NCBI GenBank assembly: GCA_024225195.1
Contig: JAAEMV010000181.1
Location: 312-64,311 of the forward strand
Direction of reading: 5' to 3'
Source of the DNA: Planctomycetaceae bacterium
Lineage (GTDB): Bacteria; Planctomycetota; Planctomycetia; Pirellulales; Pirellulaceae
Length of the DNA stretch: 64,000 nt
Each line of letters begins with the position of its first letter. Positions within the stretch are counted from its first letter, which is position 1. Of this stretch, positions 57,864 through 64,000 are shown one piece after another. A model generated the notes under the pieces. That model worked only from the letters and a program-made list of their open reading frames with translations, did no database searches and was not told the origin of the DNA. The position numbers and the translations under genes are program-made.

Positions 57864-60359
57864 TTACTCTGAAGTTGTCCACGTTCCATTGATGCAATCG
57901 ACTTTTGCGTGATAGATGTGCTCGCGATCTGCTCGTCGCAAGACGTCTTCGAGAATCGTTTTTCGAGAGGGCGTGACGGAGCCTTTGAAATTCCCCCGCC
58001 CTCGGATTTGGATTGGCTCATTGAGGTCGGCAAATTGGGGGGACAGCCAAAGAGTTGAGTCGGACTTGATCGCCATGCTGGCGGGGCCAAGCCGAAAACT
58101 GTTGGGGCTGCTGATTTCGCCGGAAATTTCGACCTTGTTGAATTTCTTTGTTTGATTAAACAGTTCGGGGCGAACGATGCGGTCTTCAGGGATTCCTTTG
58201 AGTTCGAAGAACCAAAAATAAGTATCCCAAGGTCGTAGAGCATTGCACGTAAATTCAAAACCGCCGCGATCGGGCCAAGGTCGCTTCTGCCCCTTCATCC
58301 ATTTAAAAGCGAAGGGAAGATCTTCCATAAATAATTCGTTGCCGCGTCCAATGTATTGAACGATCGTTGGGTTTATGTATTTAGGACGCATCCATTTGTT
58401 GATTGCGAATTCCATTTTTGCGATTGAGACGACATCCTTTTGACCATTGACGCAATACAGCGGTAGTTGAACATGGACATTGTCCCAATACTTATTGATG
58501 TATTTGGCAAAGGTACCTGAGTAGCCAACAATCCCGGCCCAATGCTCAGGATGGGAAATCCCAATGTCATAGGCACCGTCAGCGCCCTCTCGGTGGCCTG
58601 ATAGGAAAACTCGGTCCGAATCAACTGAGAACATTCTGAGGCTTCGATACAGGGCATCCAGTACAACTTTGTGTTCGCGTCCAGAATACGCCCACCCCGT
58701 TTGTCCGGGGGCTCGCCAGTCCACGGTGACGACAATGTAGCCGTTGCGAGGGGCATTTCCCTGGCGGATTTTTAACTTTTGGTTGTATTTTCCGCACCAG
58801 ATCTCCATGTTTTGCTCGAGCGGTTGGGTGCCGCCGGGGAGCGAGATGATCATCGGGTATTTTCGATAGGGATTGTATTGCGGCGGTAAGTGAGCCAGGC
58901 AGCGGAATTGAACGGGCTCAGGGTTAGCCGCAGTGCCGGGAACTTCAACTTGAAATTCGATGGCGGTCTCACCTGTGTAGTTGTCGACTGCATCGGTGGG
59001 TTCGATTGGTTTCATCTGTTGAATCATTGCGTCAAGAATCGCAGGAGTTCCCGACTCTTTGCTGGCAAGTTCCTTAAGAATTGCAGTCCGTCGTTGAGGT
59101 GTCGTGGTTTCAGCAAGATACTCACGAACTAAATCGCGGACGTCGAACATCGACTGGACGACTGCAAGGTTTTCGATGGCATTGTTGCTCCCCAAAAGCC
59201 AACCGCTAATCGCAAGGGCGAGCTTTTGTTGGGCGGGCATCGAGACATCGTTTGCGAGACGAATATAAGCCGCAAGTCGGTTTTCGTTGAAACGATTTAA
59301 ATCAACTTCGATTTCATCTCGAAATCGGTGAACAGCTTCAATCTGTTCGTTGCTTAAATTTTGAACCTGTTTCGTCAGTTCAATTGCCGACGATCGTGTT
59401 TGATCCACTCGCTTGCGGGTAGCTAATTCTTCTGACTCAACGTTATCGAATTCCGCCTTGATCTCGCCGGCAAGACGGTCTTTGGCTGGGACTTTGGCCA
59501 TTTGAAGTGCGAGGTCAAATTGCCCGGAGTCTTTGCGTAGGTCGATTTCCCGTAAAATTTGTCTTGCCTTTAGTTGGCCGATCCGATCCCTTTGGGTGCG
59601 GATTTGGTCTTTGAGGCCGGGAAATTTAGATTCGATCTGTCGGAGTTCCTCGCTGGCAAGTTTGTAATCGCCCATTTGCTGAAAAAGGTAGGCGATGTCG
59701 AAAAACTCATCAGGTTTGCCTGGGTTTTTGATTCGTGAAAGTAAAACGTTTCTCAATATGTTCTTTGGTACAGTTCCCGTCGCGATGTGCATCGTCCATT
59801 GTTTCAGGGGAGCCGTAGGATTCCCTACGAGCGTTTCTAGAACGCAATAGCGGGGGGTAATCTTTGTGATTCCCTGAGTGTAGGTCCTGCGAATCGATGT
59901 TTTATCAGGTAAGCGAACACCAATCGAAAACTGGCGATGCCCATATTGATTGAACGGGCCAACGCCAATGAAAGCTCCGTTCCCTTCAGATCCGTTATAC
60001 GATTTTTGGTCGATGTCGAAATTTATCTCGTCACTTTGCCCGGAGTCGCCAAGATTTAAAACGTGACTGTCTCCAATGAATACCCTTCGCAAACCATCGG
60101 TAATCACAACGATGTTGTCACGAGATGAACCGTAAGCGTTATAGGATGTCGTTGAGGTTCGCAGTTCGCGAACTGTAAACACTTCACCCTCAAATTGGAC
60201 GCCGGTATCGACGGTCACGACCCTCGGGCGATCGGCCTGTGCGAGGCAGATCGATGGCAAGAAAAAGCACAGGTAGATTACGCAACCGATCAGTGGCCTG
60301 CTGACAGTTTTGCTTTTCGTAAAGTTTGCGTGTGCTGACGATATTTTGATTTGTGTCAT
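57864..60359 (-). CDS. Secreted hypothetical protein: helical/TPR-like middle, alpha/beta-hydrolase-like C-terminal region
   Basis: Start set at ATG 60359 (signal-like IGCVIYLCFFLPSICLAQA). The C-terminal region resembles esterase/peptidase folds (PMIISLPGG..., VFLSGHREGADGAY, ...CVNGQKD) but has Arg at the expected nucleophile position. Confidence 0.62.
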   Translation of the reverse strand: MTQIKISSAHANFTKSKTVSRPLIGCVIYLCFFLPSICLAQADRPRVVTVDTGVQFEGEVFTVRELRTSTTSYNAYGSSRDNIVVITDGLRRVFIGDSHVLNLGDSGQSDEINFDIDQKSYNGSEGNGAFIGVGPFNQYGHRQFSIGVRLPDKTSIRRTYTQGITKITPRYCVLETLVGNPTAPLKQWTMHIATGTVPKNILRNVLLSRIKNPGKPDEFFDIAYLFQQMGDYKLASEELRQIESKFPGLKDQIRTQRDRIGQLKARQILREIDLRKDSGQFDLALQMAKVPAKDRLAGEIKAEFDNVESEELATRKRVDQTRSSAIELTKQVQNLSNEQIEAVHRFRDEIEVDLNRFNENRLAAYIRLANDVSMPAQQKLALAISGWLLGSNNAIENLAVVQSMFDVRDLVREYLAETTTPQRRTAILKELASKESGTPAILDAMIQQMKPIEPTDAVDNYTGETAIEFQVEVPGTAANPEPVQFRCLAHLPPQYNPYRKYPMIISLPGGTQPLEQNMEIWCGKYNQKLKIRQGNAPRNGYIVVTVDWRAPGQTGWAYSGREHKVVLDALYRSLRMFSVDSDRVFLSGHREGADGAYDIGISHPEHWAGIVGYSGTFAKYINKYWDNVHVQLPLYCVNGQKDVVSIAKMEFAINKWMRPKYINPTIVQYIGRGNELFMEDLPFAFKWMKGQKRPWPDRGGFEFTCNALRPWDTYFWFFELKGIPEDRIVRPELFNQTKKFNKVEISGEISSPNSFRLGPASMAIKSDSTLWLSPQFADLNEPIQIRGRGNFKGSVTPSRKTILEDVLRRADREHIYHAKVDCINGTWTTSE

Positions 60360-60745
60360 CCGATTTTGATTAAGAATGGTGGGACTTGAAATTTGACCGG
60401 CAGACAATTGGATGATGGGCATGGCGTCCTGTTTTCAATGTTTCCGCGATCAAGATGAACGCAGTACCTATATTTATTACAATCGAATCCGGTTTGCAGT
60501 ACAAAACTGCGGGGGATAACAATGTCACCAATGCGATTTGTTACAATCTTAGCCAAATAAGCTCGTCGCGATAACCTTGTTTTGCAAACCGCAAACTGGG
60601 ATAAATAGAGAGGTTTCTGTTTCGTTCCCGAGTAGCTGTGAGATAACTAATAACGGCTTGGAAAGTTGTTGGGGGAATCGGGTTTTTTGTGGTTTGAAAG
60701 ATTTTGAACAGACTTGATACACCAACTGGAAAAAACTCGAGAGAG

Positions 60746-61405
60746 ATGCAAATGGCAAGTGGACATTCTGGTGACAATCTGGGTGGGCAAGGCGAGTCAG
60801 GTGAGGGGCAATCTTTTCGTGAATTGATTCAAATTCCACGTTGGGTGGTTTACGCACAGGCTTTGTTACTTGCGATTACCGCGGGCCTTTTTTTCATGAT
60901 GGGGTTGTTGGTTAGCGGGTTGACCTCGCCAACGTCGGCCGATTTTAACCGAACAATGGATTGCAGAGTTTATGGCGCGGTCGCCTATCGTGATGACGGT
61001 GATCTAAAGGCAGATCGTGGTGCCGTGGTTTTGATTTTGCCGGCCAGTAGAAAACCCAACGCACGATCACAAGGTGCGTTGGTACACCCAGATTCCTTTC
61101 AAGCTTTGGATAATGAAGCTATTGACCGGATCCATCGGCTAGGCGGTGCTGTCGTTCGTGCAGATGAGAACGGTCAGTTCGAAGTTACCATTGACTCAAA
61201 TGAGGTCGTTGGCGTTCCCTATCAAGTATTGATTGTGTCAAAAAACGGAACTCAGAAGGATGGCAGTAGCTTGACAAAGGACCAATTTGCCTCGCTGGCG
61301 GAATTCTTCTCTCCGGTTGAGGACGTAATAGAAAGCAGGCCTTTTTTTTGGATGGAATTAACTGCTGACGGTGAGCGAGTGGATTTGCCAGAAGTGGAAT
61401 TCTAG
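60746..61405 (+). CDS. Single-pass membrane protein of unknown function
   Basis: One TM helix (VVYAQALLLAITAGLFFMMGLLVSGL) followed by a ~150-aa beta-rich ectodomain. First ATG at 60746; the maximal ORF starts at TTG 60704. Confidence 0.5.
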   Translation: MQMASGHSGDNLGGQGESGEGQSFRELIQIPRWVVYAQALLLAITAGLFFMMGLLVSGLTSPTSADFNRTMDCRVYGAVAYRDDGDLKADRGAVVLILPASRKPNARSQGALVHPDSFQALDNEAIDRIHRLGGAVVRADENGQFEVTIDSNEVVGVPYQVLIVSKNGTQKDGSSLTKDQFASLAEFFSPVEDVIESRPFFWMELTADGERVDLPEVEF

Positions 61406-61497
61406 GAGCCCCGTCTAACATCCGAGGTGCCATTGCCTGGAATGAAAAAGATTATGCCGTGAATTAGGAATGTTACAGTGGCTTGATGCGATTAAGG

Positions 61498-63201
61498 TCA
61501 GCCAAGAATCTCACGTTTCCGATTCAGATAGTCCCAAACGACGAAACGGTCGAGATCCCCACCGGCGGTGAAGAAAACGCGTCCTTTGGTTTGCTCGCTC
61601 AGCCGATGTGCGAATCGAATATCTTCTTCGGACTGAGACCAGCTGGGTACTAAAAACGTATTAATTGTGATTCCGTCGCGAGCACACAACGCACCCTCTC
61701 GCATGGTCGCGGCTTCTGTCAGTGGGTGGGGTGGATAAAGCATGTACAGCATGTTGTCTTCAAAGTGAGCCGTTGGCAGTCCGTCCGTAATTAAGACGAT
61801 TTGACGATTGGGCGTATCCTGGCTTGCGAGAAGTTGACGAGCTAAGCGGAGGGAATGTTGAATGTTGGTGAAATGTTGATGGATCATGGTCTCGCTGACA
61901 TCTTCGCGACTCATATCCACTTTCAGTTGGACCCATGGATCGTGGATGGTGACATGTTTCGGCATCAGGTCGATGATTTCACCGGAGGTCCTGATTTTGC
62001 CGAAGGTATACATTTCAACAAAGTTAAGGTAGTCGCCGGGGAATTCACTACGGATCAAACCCTCCATGGCCATCGCCATTCTTTTGACGTTGATGTATTG
62101 TCCGTCGTACCGCATCGATCCGCTCATATCCATCACGACAACCGTGGCGGACTTGGGATTATTACGAGTGCGATGGATCTCAATGTCTTCCGGCTTTAAT
62201 CGGATTGGAAGTTTACTATCTGACCGCAGCATTGCGTTTACAAACGTCTGTGGGATGTCCATATGAGTCAAGGAATCCCCAAATTCGTAAGGCTTGGTCG
62301 ATTGTAATTCAACGGCCCCCTCCCCCGTGATGCTTCCAGAGTGTCGGCCGGTTTTGGATTCCTTGAGGTTACTGAATATTCGGGAAAGCAATTTACCTTG
62401 GAAAACCCTGTAAGCCTGAGGTGTTAATTCGAATTTGCCGTTCTTGGCAGCCAATCCTTGTTGCTCGGCGATGTCTTTCACGTACTCTTCGATAGCCTTT
62501 TGAATCTCCTCGAGGGCCTGCATGGATTCCTGATCCATAAACTCGCTAAGCTGATCGATGTCGATAATTCCGATCTGTGCGGTGTCTCTGGCCTCTTTTA
62601 ATTGCTCGAGTAATTCATCAATTTTCTCTAGCTCTTCTTTCACGTCAATTGCTTCTGAAATTTGTAAAGATTCGTTTCCAGTAAAATGGTACTTAGAAAC
62701 GAGTTCATCAATTTCATATTTCGTTGTTAGACGGGCAATCAGTTGAGCGACGTGCTGGGCAAAGGGGGACGTGTCGTCTCCGGCGAGATAGTAGATTCGC
62801 TCGAGATCGTAAAGTTGTTCTTGTTGAACAGCTTGCAGCAAGTTCTTTTTCAGCTCAGGCTCGGTTTTCGGGCTGTTTTTCGCATGCTTTTGGAATCGTT
62901 TTCTCGCCTTCAGATGGACAGAATTCGTTTCGTAGGTGGAGAGTATTTTGCGTTTTCTTTCCTCCAAAGCGGCTTGCAGTTGGTCGATACTCGGGCCAAA
63001 ACCTGAGAACTGTTCGGGGTCAATTCGGATCGCCCTTGCAAGTTCTTCGGCAGTAAGTTCGCGGGTATCCCCCGTCGCCAACATCCGATTCATCAAAGAC
63101 GAAACGATGTCTGGCGGAGGCTGGGTTGGGCTGGGAAATTTGACAGGGTCGTACTTCATATACGTCTGGACAATCCCGCCGACTTTTTTATTGTTTGCCA
63201 T
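61498..63201 (-). CDS. von Willebrand factor A (vWA) domain protein with a long helical N-terminal region
   Basis: 567 aa. MIDAS motif VVVMDMSGSM (DxSxS) and a downstream ...ITDG.P region. Sits 33 bp downstream of the AAA+ gene on the same strand. Confidence 0.85.
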   Translation of the reverse strand: MANNKKVGGIVQTYMKYDPVKFPSPTQPPPDIVSSLMNRMLATGDTRELTAEELARAIRIDPEQFSGFGPSIDQLQAALEERKRKILSTYETNSVHLKARKRFQKHAKNSPKTEPELKKNLLQAVQQEQLYDLERIYYLAGDDTSPFAQHVAQLIARLTTKYEIDELVSKYHFTGNESLQISEAIDVKEELEKIDELLEQLKEARDTAQIGIIDIDQLSEFMDQESMQALEEIQKAIEEYVKDIAEQQGLAAKNGKFELTPQAYRVFQGKLLSRIFSNLKESKTGRHSGSITGEGAVELQSTKPYEFGDSLTHMDIPQTFVNAMLRSDSKLPIRLKPEDIEIHRTRNNPKSATVVVMDMSGSMRYDGQYINVKRMAMAMEGLIRSEFPGDYLNFVEMYTFGKIRTSGEIIDLMPKHVTIHDPWVQLKVDMSREDVSETMIHQHFTNIQHSLRLARQLLASQDTPNRQIVLITDGLPTAHFEDNMLYMLYPPHPLTEAATMREGALCARDGITINTFLVPSWSQSEEDIRFAHRLSEQTKGRVFFTAGGDLDRFVVWDYLNRKREILG

Positions 63202-63234
63202 CGAAAATCCTAAAGCGATTAGGCGGTCTGTGGT

Positions 63235-64000
63235 CTAAATTTCGTAAGAGGAATGACCGTGAGATTGGTTTCGCGAGATTTTGTCAAGAGAGTACAGGCC
63301 TGCTAAAACAAATTCGACACAGGAGGCACGCACTGCCGCGTCATTAGAGGCGTTAATTTCAAATGCCTTTTCCCACGCAGGAGGTACGCGTTGGAGCCGG
63401 TCAGCGTATTGGGTTGACGGAATTAAATCTCCTACCTCAATTTTTATTCCTTTGGAGAAGATGTCGGCGATTTCGGATAGCCCATGTTCAGAAACGTACT
63501 CTTCAAAGACAATTTGAATTGCTTCGGCAACAATACTGTCGAGCACCTGTCTCTCCGACATTTGATGGCTGCCCATCAAGTCGAGTTCCAGTTTGCCAAG
63601 TGCTGAGGTGTGAAGGTGTCCGAGGTCGCTTATCCTCGGAACCGCGGGGGTTTCTCCGGTGATTACCCCGCGGTGTCTGGCGCTGGAAATCATCGTGCGG
63701 TAGTTCGCAAGACTGAATCGCGCGCTCACGCCGGATTGATGGTCAACATATTTTGACTTTCGTGCCTGTAAGGTAATTTGCTCACAGATTTCCTTCATAA
63801 AATACGGCACTCGAACGGGATAGTCGCCATCAAGGTCTATCCCGGCCTCCTGTTCGGTGATTTGGATTCCGTGATCACGATCGGTGGGATAATGGGTTTG
63901 TATCGAACTTCCAATTCGATCTTTCAACTGCGGAATCACTTTGCCGCTGCGATTGAAAGTGGATGGGTTCGCGGAGAACAGAATCATTACATCAATTTCG
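63235..64000 (-). CDS. AAA+ ATPase of the Mg-chelatase ChlI/BchI-like clade (partial; N-terminus lies beyond the window edge)
   Basis: The frame stays open through position 64000 (…[30 protein letters not shown]…), matching the sensor-1/Arg-finger region of ChlI-like ATPases (NPEEG.LRPQLLDRFG). C-terminal helical lid. Paired with the vWA gene. Confidence 0.8.
   Translation of the reverse strand, partial: EIDVMILFSANPSTFNRSGKVIPQLKDRIGSSIQTHYPTDRDHGIQITEQEAGIDLDGDYPVRVPYFMKEICEQITLQARKSKYVDHQSGVSARFSLANYRTMISSARHRGVITGETPAVPRISDLGHLHTSALGKLELDLMGSHQMSERQVLDSIVAEAIQIVFEEYVSEHGLSEIADIFSKGIKIEVGDLIPSTQYADRLQRVPPAWEKAFEINASNDAAVRASCVEFVLAGLYSLDKISRNQSHGHSSYEI

Noticed and set aside
1-64000. Mobile elements, prophage, integrase next to the tRNA, CRISPR-Cas, toxin-antitoxin or restriction-modification genes
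   Set aside because: No ORF in the six-frame track shows transposase (DDE), integrase (R..H..R..Y), Cas, capsid/terminase or methyltransferase motifs. There is no direct repeat of the tRNA 3' end. The window looks like stable core chromosome.

Overview
This 64-kb window looks like a chromosomal segment from a Planctomycetes-like bacterium. That assignment is an inference from roughly 50% GC by eye, a very long YidC, an N-terminal LEPRQLLAA-type motif on a giant secreted protein, and many lipoproteins with low-complexity linkers. Most of it is intact core genes: leuA, lolDE-like, lysS, hflX, yggS, a POT peptide transporter, gltA, a parvulin PPIase, mfd, fur, yqgE, tsaB, yidC-mnmE and purB. The less ordinary blocks are: (1) a nine-gene, translationally coupled Tad/Flp-type pilus operon (37-9053) with very large pseudopilin-like proteins and an embedded DUF192 gene; (2) a minus-strand tRNA-Glu-like gene whose anticodon arm is 1 nt too long by hand folding, followed by about 230 nt of ORF-free, foldable sequence ending in an intrinsic terminator (candidate sRNA); (3) a 1552-aa M4 (thermolysin-family) protease preceded by about 1.2 kb of non-coding DNA and ending in two gapless 134-aa repeats of a domain I do not recognise; (4) Fur convergent with a His-Asp-repeat lipoprotein; (5) two tandem paralogous metallophosphoesterases directly upstream of a YidC that appears to carry a PDZ-like insertion; (6) a ChlI-like AAA+/vWA gene pair at the right edge, truncated by the window. 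I saw no rRNA, CRISPR array, transposase, integrase or prophage genes. I did not find a clear-cut novel multi-gene system. The findings are ranked leads, and each needs the stated computational check. Several starts were moved inward from the maximal ORF to the first plausible ATG; those starts are less certain than the stops.
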